This document shows positions 37,001-49,172 of a DNA stretch of 64,000 nt, piece after piece. The position numbers and the translations under genes are program-made. How positions within the stretch are numbered: the stretch's first letter is position 1; each line of letters starts with the position of its first letter. Below the pieces are notes generated by a model, which was given only the letters and a program-made list of their open reading frames with translations, was not told the DNA's origin and made no database searches. This DNA is from Pocillopora damicornis (lineage: Eukaryota): contig NW_020843882.1 in NCBI RefSeq assembly GCF_003704095.1, positions 62,001 to 126,000 on the forward strand. The letters are read 5' to 3'.

Positions 37001-40000
37001 TCTCCAATCAGCTGCGCCAGATGCCGCTTGAAGTTGTGTAGCTGCAGAGAGAACCAAAAAGAAATTATTGAAACCTCTACAGCTATAAAAATGAAAAAAA
37101 ATACACTTGCCTTCTAACCAGGCTGAGCAACAATGACTCACCACTTTTGTGTGAATGGACAGACTCAAGTTAGAAATTCTCAATTAAGGGCGTTCAAAGT
37201 AAACCGTGATCACATTTGTTTTGTTTGAGCGCCCTCTGTGTACAGTTGGTCCAGAGATTGCACTTCATCTTCTAAGTTAACCAATCAGATACTAAAATAG
37301 TACCACTAGTTTACTACACTTTAGGATATTTACAAGAAGTACCCTTGAGTCTTCATTGGTTACTTGCGATATTTCTCCAATTCGATTGATATCTTCAGTT
37401 TCAGTCTACAACACACTTTTGATAAGCTTAGGCTCCAAGTAAGGGTCCAATAATCCATTTCCTGCTAATACACTATACCCAGTACTTCTTCTGCATCCCA
37501 TTTGTTACATCAACCGGTTATGAGATTGTGAGAGAAAAAAAACTCTTCTTTACAAATTACAAACCTTTGATTGAGCTGACTGGCCAGTGTATGCACTGGT
37601 TTGCAGTGTTTGTTCCATCTCCTGCAGCCTGTAATAAGGTAGCAATGTATAATCTGTCAGTTTTTAGCATAAAAAGAAAAATTAGAGAACTTCTTGTAAC
37701 CACACACACTAATGATCTGAGTCTACAAACACTAACTGCAGTCAAAGGGGTGAAATGAGCACAGGCCTGTATACTCATATGTCCCAAATTTAATGTGATG
37801 ATGCTCATAAATGCAATTTGGTTCATACTGACATGCATTGTCAATTTTTGCTGATTCAGTGAATTTCAAATATTTTACAGTAAATAATGAAATAACAAAA
37901 CTGTTTCAAGACTGAAAGTGTTACATTTGGTTCTACCAAGTGCAACCCAGACTAGAGCCTTGAAGAGGAATTACACTGAACATTCTGAACACTAGCCACT
38001 TTCAAACCAGAAGTTGCAATGAAGTTAACTTGAAGTTGACTTACTTATTTTCTTTTTCATCAAGTTCTTTTTTGGTGACCCCCCAGGCATCTTGACTTGC
38101 TGCTAGCTGATGTTTCATTCGATCAATTTCAATTTCCATTTCTCTGATCTTTTGTTGCAAAGTGTCCCTTTCTCTGGTTAAGCTGTTAATGGTTTGTTGA
38201 CTCTGACCAGAACTCTTCTTCTCTTGTCCCACTTCTGAAACCAATCTCATTATGGTTTCCCTGAAAACACCACAAACTTAACATTTCAATAATAATTGGG
38301 CCAACTTCTTGTCTGATGATGTTCTTATAGCAGAAATTATAGCCCTTGTGGAGAACCTCACATAAGTTACATGTGATTGCTTCCAGAATTGTTGAGGTTA
38401 GAAACAGCAAAATTGCAGAGTTGGAAAAGTCTTGAAAGTCAATAATAATTCAAAATAACAAGCCTTGTGACATAAAAGAACCACAAATAAAATAATGTTA
38501 TGTAGTCTTCAACTACAATTGCAATAAATATAAGTTACAAGTCAATCAAGAAGGAACAAACCTGCTGGCTTTAGACTCCAAGTTACTTTCATGTAGATTA
38601 CGAGACAATGCACTTGCTTTTTCTTGCAAACTGTTCCTCTCTCTGGCTATTTCTGCAATCTGAAGATCACAATTTAATCAAATCATAAAGCTCATTAGAC
38701 CAATGTTATGTTGACAATTCATGTTTAGATCTGGCAAAGAAACACGGATTTTCAAATAGTTTCAGTAATACTAACTGTAAACCAAAGCATGTTCACTTGA
38801 CAAGTTCTTATTTAACAAAGACTGAGGTAGGTTGCAACCACGGAAATCTGGTGTGTTGATATTAATGCACAATACTTAAGGTTTTCAGAGGACTTAGAGT
38901 GTAAATGACCAAACCTCTAGCAAGAGGGCATTGGGATTTTTGGTTTTGTGGTTTTGGCTATTTTTTAGATTGGTTTTTCGGCTTTTGTACAAAAAACTTC
39001 AGTTTCTCGGTTTTGGTGTTCATTGCAGTTTGCCAATTTTCTGTTTTTTAACATTTAGTTTTCAGTTTTTGTGAAAAATATTAACAGGTTTTCAGTTTTT
39101 GTGAAAGATATTAACAGGTTTTCAGATTTGATATCCGATGCATTTTTTGGTTTTTCCTATTTGACCTATTTGGGTTCTGGTTTCTCTTTGTCCTGAGCAG
39201 CAATTACATGCCTCCACTGATCTCAAATAGCAGCTAAATGCAAATGTTATCAAGACAAATGCTTGACAAACCAATTTGAATATTGTGGTGATCCCTAGGT
39301 AGCTTACATGTAGCTGTACCCCCCCCCCCCACCAAGGTGGGGGAGGGAAGGGAGGGTGTGGCTATATGTAGGGTACAGCTAAGCACGAAACATTGTCAGG
39401 GTTTCTTTATCAACGACACCACAAAGTTGTGACCAAGTTACAGGCCACACGTGACTGATTGATTCAATCTCCAAACTTTCAGGTCTTAGTTTGCACATGG
39501 AAATGTTAGATTAGGGATTTTTGATTAAACTTTCCATAGCTATAGCTTTTTGCAACTGAAAAATTGCAATCCTATAGAGGACTTCTGCACGAATTTCCTT
39601 AATTAACTAGACTCCACTACTGCAGAGACCATGCTTGAGGTCCACGAGAAAGCGGATGTTAATTTAAGCAGATGCTGGAAGATATGAATGCCAAGTCCAT
39701 GGCATTCATAAATCCTATAATGAAATTAGTGTAGTTTACTCTGTATGTTCCACTTGTCACCAATGTATTGGATCAATCAGGGTTTTAATAACTGGGATGT
39801 GAAAATGTATTGGTTTTGACAGTTTTGCATGTGGTTTTTTGGTTTTTAGATGATTTTTTTTCTATGGTATTGCAGTTTCTAATAAGCCCCAATGCCCCCC
39901 TCCTTAACAACAGACTCACCCTTCCAATAAGAGAGTGCAGAGACACAGACAAAGTTTCAGATGCATCCAGCTGCAGAGCTTGAGTCAACTGGGATTTCAT

Positions 40001-43000
40001 CTCACCATACTGCAGATTAACATAACAATAAATTCAATTCAACAAAGGTCACCAAAATTAATAATGCACTTTGATTACTGGAAACAAGCCGTGATGTATC
40101 AAAATTCCTGAGTTTTGATTGGTTAACAGGTCATGTTGCCCATGGCAATAGACAAATAATTTTACAACTTGCCTCATCAAGAGTATTCCCCATTTCCCAA
40201 GCATATTTTGCCTTCTTAATTTCTCTGAACAGTTTATTGGACTGGTACCCTTTTGTACTCCTGGACTAGTAGATTCCAAGAGATTTCTATTTGTCCATTG
40301 GTCATGCACTGCTGGGTGTACAGCTTCGACACATACCTTACTCTCCCATTTGGCAGCTCTGCCAGAGGCTTCCTCCTCAGCGGCAATGTGGTGCTTGAGT
40401 GATGACTCTACCTGCTGCAGACGATCTTGCTGAGTTTGTATTTCTTTTTTCAAAGATGATATGGTGACATCACTACGGTTTGCAAAATTTTCCTTCTCTG
40501 TTGCTTCATCCTCAGCTTCTCGTATTCTATCACGGAGGGAATGCACCAGTGCTGTCTGTCTAGCTGCATTTTGTTTGTTGCTTTCAATCTCACACTGTAA
40601 AAATGATTTTAAAAAAGTATTTAATGATCATAATACAAGATTCATGAAATCATAATGCATATGTCCTGCAAGTCATCACCATTATCACAGAGCTAATTTA
40701 AATAAATGACTATGAATATAAGAAAATCATATGCATGTATGTCAACTGTGGATTTAAAGAAATGAATGTGAAATGATCTTTGCAGTAACAAACACTACTT
40801 AGGCAGTATTTTCACTTCTGCTTACATAGTGTTCATCACAGTGAAGAGGATTGCTCTCATATTCACAGTTGATTAATCTTAGTCATTGATATGAATTCAA
40901 TGAGGCAGTGAATTTAAATCCTCCCTTACCTTGAACTCAATAATTTGTTGATCCTTTTCTGATATTCTCTGCTGAGATTCTCTTAGCTGTAAAGAAAAAA
41001 AAAGTGTCTGATTAACATTCATCCCTGTATATGCCTGGAAAAACCATGATGTAGCTCCTTTTATCAATAATCTTACATAGATGAAAAAGAGTGACATACC
41101 TCTTGCTGTAAACCAGATGATACCACTTTTTCAGCAGCAAGGTCTGTTTGTGCAGTTTCTGCAGCTTGTCTGTAGTGTGATAACTGTTGTGAAGAATTGA
41201 ATAATAATTTATTTCAGTGGATATTTGTTAAGATAGTGACTGATTTTAACTTCTTTCTTTTAGACCTGAGGCTTGCAAAAGCTTATCTCAGCCTGGGTGA
41301 GGAGCATGCACTCATGGGACAACACCATAACCTGGCTAGAACTCAAAAACAGAATGAGACACAGCATTTCCTGATGTAAAGGTCAATTTTTAATCTAGCA
41401 AGCATATCTTTTAGGGCTGCATAATAAATCACATTGCTGGTAGGGACTGGGGGACCTAAAAACCCTCTGACACTGATGTGCTTTTTTCTTCTGGAACAAC
41501 ACTCAATAAAAACTTAAACAAGCATGTGTTAATGATCGTAGTATTAGTATATTTTATACCTGTGAACTTAAATGTTCTCTTTCTTGTTGAAGTCTTGAAA
41601 TCTTATCTCTGAAAAGCTGACTTTCATCCAGAGATGATCCAAGTTCCAATGAAATGGAGGGACTACGGCAAACAATAGCCCCTGATTCAACCTGTATTTC
41701 AAATACCACAAAATAATGTGAGACATTTTGGGGACTAGAAGGTAGATAGGAGGTAGGAGTCAGGATTCCACCCAAAACAGAAAGCAATATATATAAAAAT
41801 TAAGAAATCTTAGGTGAGAAGTGATGCAAAATAGTCAATGTTGCTGCTTAAAAAGAGGAGCAAGTTTACCGTTCACATTTTACATGATCAGTGAAACACA
41901 GAGAAGCAAAACTAATGAATTCTCTAAGTACTTTAGAAGTAATTCTACAAAAACAAAAAAAACAGCAAAAAAAAACTGAGAAATGAACTATCCTTTTGAT
42001 ACCAAAACAAAATTAGACTTTCATCGATTGACAGGGGCTAATTGAATTTACTTAACTTTCTGCAAGAAATAATATATTTAATATTATTTCCCATAATGCA
42101 TTAACACTTAAAAAAGAAACAAAACAAAACTACAAAGATTGAGAGAAAATTTTTTCCAAAGTCTTATCAATGCAAAGTGAATCTTGATGATTAAGAATTG
42201 AATCATGAAGAGGTCCTTGAGTTTTTTCCTTGAGTAAACAACATCCAAAACCTTAACAAATACCATCTCCTAACAATGTTTGCAGTGTTTGGTTGCTAAA
42301 GAACTTTCTCTGTTCTTTAATTAAGTTTAAATAATTGATTAGTATAGGGGAATCTTTACAACATACTGTGAATTGCATTTATGTGTAGTAGGTTTGTAAA
42401 AAGAAGTAACACTGATGGAATAAAAAGTACATTCCATTCAAACTTGCCCCTAGTTTAGTCTTAATGTATTTATTCTTTAGATGGATAAACCAAGCTTAAT
42501 TGCGATACAAAACTTGCACTTGTAATTTTGAAAAAAAGAAATTCATTGATAATTTCAAAAATACATCATGCACATGTGGTGATTCTTACTGATAACTTAT
42601 CACTTTAAAAGTTTTTATACTGCAGCTGTTGCTCTGAATAATGCTTGGAAATATATAAACCCTTCAGTAATCTTGAAGTTTACCACTAGCAGAAGATACC
42701 GCGGTTTCTACCTTTGTGAAAACTAAAGAAATTCCATCCGACATTTTTCTCGATCTTCCAACTTCATGAAAGCCAATTCACAAATCCGAACCAGAAAGAT
42801 AATGTTGGAGTTCAAATGAAAATAAAAAAGCCAATTATGATCTAAATGACTCGAATGATCATTAGTTACAGACAGTTTGTTCTGATCAGTCGTCAAGACA
42901 GTGATTATTACTCAAGGAGATATTAAAAATACCTCATTTCGTCTGGGAATAGGTGAACTCGTTCGAGAACTGTTCTGACTGCCAGATTTTCTGTGCCCTA

Positions 43001-43181
43001 TGATCATCGGTGGAGAATTTCTATATAACTGTCTCTCATTGCCATGGTCCCTCCATAGCTCGCGCACATCAACACCTGAGTCTTCGAAGTAAGTGAGTTG
43101 TGTGCCGGGTTTTGCCCCTACAAGCCTCTGTTTTGGAATTTTAGGAAAATGCTCTGATCTGTCTGAGTGTAGGGATGCCAT
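34027..43181 (-). CDS. CCDC170: Coiled-coil domain-containing protein 170 homolog, ~14 coding exons
   Basis: Exon peptides match remembered CCDC170 blocks: LSHYRQAAETAQTDLAA (41099-41182), FCEKLARVMKLDEIADDVGLD...LARGEQLVKLE, KTTIYNLQRRLK...MESKDLHLGLLKKK, and the C-terminal DFRQVLARLLGLDINTLSVPDYEIISRLERLVQAHH. First exon ATG 43181 to donor 42933; stop at 34027. Confidence 0.85.
34483..34660. mobile_element. Foldback MITE in the last CCDC170 intron
   Basis: Terminal inverted repeats ATGTCGGTATCTGAGTAACT / AGTTGCTTAGATACCGACAT; same family as 18227-18337. Confidence 0.7.
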
Positions 43182-43298
43182 CACATCCTAATTTTTTATC
43201 GAAAATCGAAAGAGTCTCTCCAACCTTTCACGTACAGTTCAAGTTCATATAATGAAGTTTTTTCAAAATGGCGGGCGTAATATTTAGGTCCTTTCTTA

Positions 43299-43311
43299 GT
43301 TGCATAGCAAC
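43299..43311. promoter_or_regulatory. RFX X-box-like palindrome in the CCDC170/HSBP1 divergent promoter
   Basis: GTTGCATAGCAAC ~120 bp upstream of the CCDC170 ATG. A YY1-like CAAAATGGCGG lies at 43264-43274 and inverted CCAAT boxes (GATTGG) near 43706 and 43748. Confidence 0.55.
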
Positions 43312-43960
43312 AAGAGACGCTCGTTTTAGACCAGCCTCAAGTTTGAGAAAAACTACCCGGGTAGTGAGGGGAGTAAATTGATAGGAGTTTTACTGGAGAA
43401 AAAAAAACCTATCACAACTGTTTACGTCTTTTCTTTCTGAAGTTTCCATTTTTTCTTTGTCTCAATTGCGGGTGGATGACAGGGGAACAGGGCAGATTTC
43501 CTCTGCGTGACATCGAGAGAATTGTTTTTCGTAACATTCCTGCTTCAATCCCCCTCCTATTTTTAAAAATAGCATATGCAGTAAATCAATTCTCGAGTAT
43601 ATAATGGATTTTGGCATGAAAATGGTGGTAAACAAAGCATATAATCAATTTTTGCACGCTAAGAAGTTGCTTCCATTCGAAGCCTATAATTCTCAAGTCC
43701 GCTTTGATTGGCTGACGCTAATGAATAATGATTACTTTCTTATTTCTGATTGGTTGAGGACGGACAAGCTCTTCAAGACGAAGAGGCGACGCGGTTTGGA
43801 TTAGAGTGAGTGATTATATTGCTGAGTTTTAATGCTGATAGTTTAGCATCCTGATTGTTTTCTACGGACGTGAATAGATTGGTACGTTTCTTCAATGTAT
43901 CCTTTTCTAAAATCTGGCTTTTAATTCACTTGCTTTTCCTTTGATTTTGCACAGGACATC

Positions 43961-44203
43961 ATGGAAAACCCCACAAGTGTTCCTGAATTGATGCAATTCG
44001 TCCAAGCGACCTTACAAAACATGCAAGAAAAGTTTCAAAATGTCGAAGACTCAATCGTGAAACGAATGACCGAGACTGGGAAGAAACTGGACGAGATAGA
44101 GAAAGGACTCACGGATCTGATGGATCATTCTGGAATGGGGGAGCCTTATGAAGAAGATCTTGAATCGGACAAAGATTTCTCCGATACAGACAAGGGCAGA
44201 TGA
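43961..44203 (+). CDS. HSBP1: Heat shock factor binding protein 1-like (80 aa)
   Basis: PTSVPELMQFVQATLQNMQEKFQNVEDSIVKRMTETGKKLDEIEKGLTDLM matches the HSBP1 pattern. A 5'UTR intron (gtacgt at ~43882, acceptor gcacag ending 43954) precedes the ATG. Confidence 0.85.
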   Translation: MENPTSVPELMQFVQATLQNMQEKFQNVEDSIVKRMTETGKKLDEIEKGLTDLMDHSGMGEPYEEDLESDKDFSDTDKGR

Positions 44204-45263
44204 TGATGATGAATCGCAGATGACGGTTGCTGGTAACCCCGGTTGCTAGAGGCATAAGTAATGTAAACAGATCGTTCACTTAACGTAGATTATTTTTATT
44301 TGAGTAGATTCCACTATGTGTTTTTTAGTATAGTTGTTAGAAACATTGTGTTCTTTTTCCAATTTTATGTGTAAAGCAGCCCAAATCCTGCAAAACGTTA
44401 CTTTACGGTGGTATGATGTTGAAATTAGTGGCCGTCGCAGTGTGTACACTGACACTACAATTGCTTACTGAGTCAACTGGTGAAGCCGATTAGCGAAGAA
44501 ATAAGCTTTTGACAAACATTTTACTTTTATTTAAATTTAACCTGCAAGAAAAAAAATTGTAACGTAGAGGGTATCAATGAAAGTACTTCCAGTTTTTTAT
44601 ATTGTAAGTATGGTTTTAATGCTAGATATATTTGTGTAGTTTGGGACTAAGAAATAAACTACAAGTTGTCATGACTTCAGTTGAAATCATTATTCTTAGA
44701 TTCCTCTAACTCCTAAGTCTCAAGTGATCAGAAGGTAATTTCTCTTCAGAAGTTTAAGACACTCTCAAAGTGATGGTTGATGGAAACTAGGAAAAATATG
44801 TACTTGCTTTTTTGTGAATTATAAAGAATGGCCACAAAAGGAATAAACGGTGCATATATCATTGAAATAGTAACACATTTATCGTTCGTGATACACATTT
44901 TTTTTTTAAATTGTGTGTGATGTGGGTCAAAATGTCATACAAATGTACAAATTCCTTACATTTTGAAAATATGGAGCTCTGTATATTTGCTGCATTGTGC
45001 AGTGTTTTAATTGACAAGGCAAATCATAGCAATAACCAGTGGATCCAGAAATACTGTTTTTATTCATAATGGTCTGATTTGAATGACTCAAACAACCATC
45101 TCCCTCAAGCTAACACCCTCCTGCTCCACTTTGATGGAGAGAGTGGACTGTATACAGGAAATAATCATATTAATGTCTCTTAATAGTACTCTAACATGTC
45201 TTGTCAAGTGGCTATTTAAAGCTCAGTGCTATTTGCTTCACGTAGTATTCCACGACATCACAT

Positions 45264-45885
45264 TCATTCAAAGCAAAACACAAATCTCATGCAATTCTTA
45301 AATTTTCCAGAACTAGCAGCAGAACGAGGGCCATAGTTGGACTCTGCAAGATACTTTTCCATACATACTTTAGACAGCTTGTCACAATCTACTTTTGGTG
45401 GAAATGTGACCCATACAAAATATCCTCCTTCAGGTCTTTGGTAAGATATCTGACCCTCAGGTATATCTGTGTCTAGGGCATTGCATAATGCATTATACAG
45501 GACTTCTAGGACCCTCCACACCATTGATAAGTGATCCTTAAGTAGCCCTTGTTGCAATGCCACAGCAATAATGCATGATAAGTAGTGGTTAAAGCATCCA
45601 CCACAAATAGCATATTAAAAACTTTTCTGCAACAATAATCACACTCATTCAGGAACCTCCATCCACCCAGGATGCAGCCTTGGAGCAAGGAACTTTAAAA
45701 AAAGAACCATTAGAGATGACATGCCCTTTATAATTGGCATTACACTTGTCATCAAATGTGTAAAGTCTTTCAGGAGGTGTTTGTCACCGGTGTAAGACAG
45801 CAAATTGTACATGTCACCACAAAAGGCAAAAAGTTTCTCGGAGCTTGCTTATTAATGATGTGCATCAACCTTTCTTCAGATAAAT
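45264..45885 (-). pseudogene. Degraded partial duplicate of the neighbouring class I aminotransferase (C-terminal half)
   Basis: Fragments YKGHVISNGSFFK / KFLAPRLHPGWMEVPE* / GGCFNHY...ALQQGL / PEGGYFVWVTFPPKVDCDKL...KNCMR parallel 47371-48606. There is a frameshift at the PLP-lysine motif, in-frame stops, and no visible 5' half. Confidence 0.8.
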
Positions 45886-45914
45886 TTGTAATTTCTTTTT
45901 TATTGGGTTTATCA

Positions 45915-46090
45915 TGGCTGTCTGATCTTAGACACTAGTTTCTGATTTTAGGCACCAGTGTCTGACTTTAGACAATAGTGATTCCAAGTGTCTTCTGATT
46001 GAAGACATTAGTGTTCAATGTTGGACACTACTGTCTAATTTTAAACACTAGTTTCTGATTTTAGACACTAGTGTGCAATTGTTGGACATT
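45915..46090. repeat. Minisatellite with ~20-bp unit (CTAGTGTCTGATTTTAGACA-like)
   Basis: Degenerate tandem units such as CACTAGTTTCTGATTTTAG and CACCAGTGTCTGACTTTAG abut the truncated 5' end of the pseudogene. Confidence 0.7.
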
Positions 46091-47370
46091 GTCCAGGAGT
46101 TTTTCATCTTTATTTCTGCTCCCAGATTGCCATAAGATGGAGGGGGAGGGGTGGGGTGTTAAAGGGATGACACACAAGTGAAAATGATGGGATTTGATTG
46201 AAAATAATTCAGTTAACTCCTGGGAAGACCAAGTAACCTTTATGAACAGGGGTTAACATAGTGCAGAAGTAAGAGCAGTTGCAATTATTTTGATGATAGC
46301 CAAATGGTTCAAATGTGACCAAAATGATTTCCTTGGAAGACAGTGTGTTTAACTTTTCCCAGAGCAAGACTAACACCTGGGATTCCAACCCTCATGACAA
46401 GCTCACTCCGTATCAATAACTTGAAGACCCAGTAAAAAACTTAATGTGTTTTTAATGTGCACAATATGACAATACTAATTATTTCAAAGATTAACATTTG
46501 AAACAACTAATCTGGAAATATCTAATTTTACTGACATAAAATGAAGTTCAAGAATAAAATTTGAGTTGAGCAACTGTGATTTAACCTTCCCACTGTTTAT
46601 GAACTAAATTTAATTAATGCTAAATTTAACAAGCTAATATTTGTTATCAAGTTACTATCTATTGCAATTTTAACAGACAGAGAGAATTAAGACATAAATT
46701 CAAACTCAGTAATACTGATAAAAGCATGTTAGAAATAGCTTATCTTATTTTGCTTGTTACAACTTCCCTAATTTAAATTAAAGAATGTACTGTAAACTGC
46801 TGATTGTACTCACTCTTTCTCACATGTTTACATTAACAAACCCATTCAACCCCAAAATTAATTTTGATCTCCTAAGATTTTTTCCCCAAAAAATTATAGT
46901 ACATGCATTAAAATTTAATTAAGACTACTAAAACTTCCAACCTCTCTAATTGAAGAGTACCCTTAGGCTTCAAAGTAAAACTTTTTTATTCTTCCTTATA
47001 AAATAACATGTATTACAATTTATTTTCTATTTCACCCATAAATACATCTACACAACTTAAACTAAGATAAATTAAAAAATGGAAAAATTGCCATCAAAGT
47101 AAATTTAACAATCATGAACTGAATCTTAAATTATTTACCAGCTCTCATTTGGTGTCAGAAATCATGATTTATTCTTTTTCAGTATTCATTTATTTTGGTA
47201 TACTTTTGCAAATTTATCACTGTCCATTTAAAAGGATTTCATGATGTTTAGTATCAAAAAAGAATTTCTTCCTTACCTCAATGCTACCCTTGATTCAAAT
47301 GACACAGCAATCACTTCAAAAACAAAAGTCCCCCTATTTTTAGATATATTTACTTCGAAGTCCATAATTG

Positions 47371-48606
47371 TTAGTTGCTTGGGAAAATTTCTTCAATTGC
47401 TAAAGCTATTTGCTTCACACAGTGTTCAAGGGTAGGACTGTCAAGAAATGCAAATGAAAGCCTCATACAATTTTTGTATTGTCCTTTACACGAACATCGT
47501 GAGCCCTTGTTAAAATCAACAGCATACTTATTGAAACAGATGTCATATAGTTTATCGCAGTCAATCTCAGGGGGGAGAACAACCCAAACAAAATAACCTC
47601 CCTGGGGTTTTGTGTATTTAATTGCACGTGGAAAGTACTTATCCATAGCACTACATAGTGTATTCAACTGGGACTTATAAAGCTCTCGTGCATATGCTAC
47701 ATGCTCCTTTACCAAACCCATTTGTATTGCCATGGTAACAACACAAGAGGTGTAATGGTTGAAGCAACCCCCACTTGTAACATACCCAGAAGTCCTCAAA
47801 ATCTTTCTTACATGTTCAGGGACCTCCATCCAGCCTAGACGCAAGCCAGGTCCTAACAGTTTGGAAAAAGTTCCATTTGAGATCACATTTCCTTTGTAAT
47901 CAGGATCAGCCTTGTTATCAAATGAAAAAAGCCTAGGGGGAACTTTAAAAGTAGGTTTTTCTCCATCATAAGAGAGCAAGTTGTATACATCATCACAAAA
48001 AGCAAGCACATTGTACTTCCGAAGCAGTTTGATCAACTGCTTACACCTTGTTACAGAAAGTACAGAGCCGGTTGGATTGTTAAAAGTTGGAATGCAATAG
48101 AGCAAACCAGAGAATGGATTTCTCTCAGTTATAACTGGCAATGTCTGCAAATGTTCTGCCATTAATTTCTCCAACTCATCAACAATCAAACCATCTTGAT
48201 CTGTCGGAACCCCCACCAAATTCATCCCAAAGTCATCTGATAAAGCTTTAAGGGCAAGGAAATAAGTTGGTTCTTCGACGAAAGCTACAGTCTTAGGCTG
48301 AAAGAGGAGGCTTCCTATGCAGGCCAGGCCTTGTGAAGCACCAGCAGTGAACCAGATGTCATCACAGTTGACAGTGTCACCATACTCCTCAGTGAGAAAT
48401 TTGGTGAGCTCACTCTTAGCTGCTAAGCTTCCACTGTGTGGTCCATACTGAAACAGCTGAGGATAATTTTCTGGAGTATGAAGAGCTAGAGTTGCTTTAT
48501 GAATAAGCTCACCACATTTCATGCGCAGATGTTCACTTGGTGCCCCGACACGTAGGCTATGCACTTTCCTGCCATCCTTCGTAAGGTAGTCAAACAATGT
48601 TGTCAT
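47371..48606 (-). CDS. PLP-dependent class I/II aminotransferase (AADAT/Aro8/YER152C-like subgroup), intronless CDS, 411 aa
   Basis: Motifs FQYGP, TAGASQGL, VEEPTYF, IPTFNNPTG, DDVY, GTFSKLLGPGLRLGW (PLP lysine), GGYFVW and MRLSFA; ATG at 48606. Confidence 0.92.
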   Translation of the reverse strand: MTTLFDYLTKDGRKVHSLRVGAPSEHLRMKCGELIHKATLALHTPENYPQLFQYGPHSGSLAAKSELTKFLTEEYGDTVNCDDIWFTAGASQGLACIGSLLFQPKTVAFVEEPTYFLALKALSDDFGMNLVGVPTDQDGLIVDELEKLMAEHLQTLPVITERNPFSGLLYCIPTFNNPTGSVLSVTRCKQLIKLLRKYNVLAFCDDVYNLLSYDGEKPTFKVPPRLFSFDNKADPDYKGNVISNGTFSKLLGPGLRLGWMEVPEHVRKILRTSGYVTSGGCFNHYTSCVVTMAIQMGLVKEHVAYARELYKSQLNTLCSAMDKYFPRAIKYTKPQGGYFVWVVLPPEIDCDKLYDICFNKYAVDFNKGSRCSCKGQYKNCMRLSFAFLDSPTLEHCVKQIALAIEEIFPSN

Positions 48607-48899
48607 CTTGAAAATTGGGTGTTTGCTAGCTGAGCTGTCAAGTAACAATAAAATGTAACAATGTTTAATGAAATCAATAATATATGACCTTTATAGGAAA
48701 TTAAATTAAAGTAATGATCCTCGCTGGTGAAATTGCGCAAAAGAATCTCCAGTTGACAAAACAAAATCAGACTTTGATGGGATTCCTTCCAGTTGAAGCC
48801 TGATTTTTTCACCCTTCTTTTCCACAATTGCTTGAATGTAGCTTTAACTAGACATGCTTTCTCCAATTAATTATTACATCTCAAGTCTGGAGTGACCTG

Positions 48900-49172
48900 A
48901 GCGGTGAGGTACGCGAACGCATTCAGGTACACATTTTAAAACAAAATGGCTGACTTCGAGATCAACGGATGAATCATAATGAATATCTCTTTGTTAAGAT
49001 TAAACTAAGTACCTCTGTAACCGCTTGACGATTTGGAAGGGGATTCCTTTAACTATCTGATGATCTGATATTACAGTGTTTTCGCTTTACTTCGAACCAG
49101 CTGTAAAGAGCGTTAGGGGCATCATGGGATATCATATGAAGGCATTGTTTTTGTGATCAAAATGGCGGCGGC
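48900..49172. promoter_or_regulatory. Probable bidirectional promoter between the aminotransferase and TADA2B
   Basis: The ATGs are divergent and ~555 bp apart. YY1-like CAAAATGGC at ~48942 and again overlapping the TADA2B ATG (CAAAATGGCGGC); ZNF143/Staf-like GGCATCATGGGA at ~49118. Confidence 0.5.
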
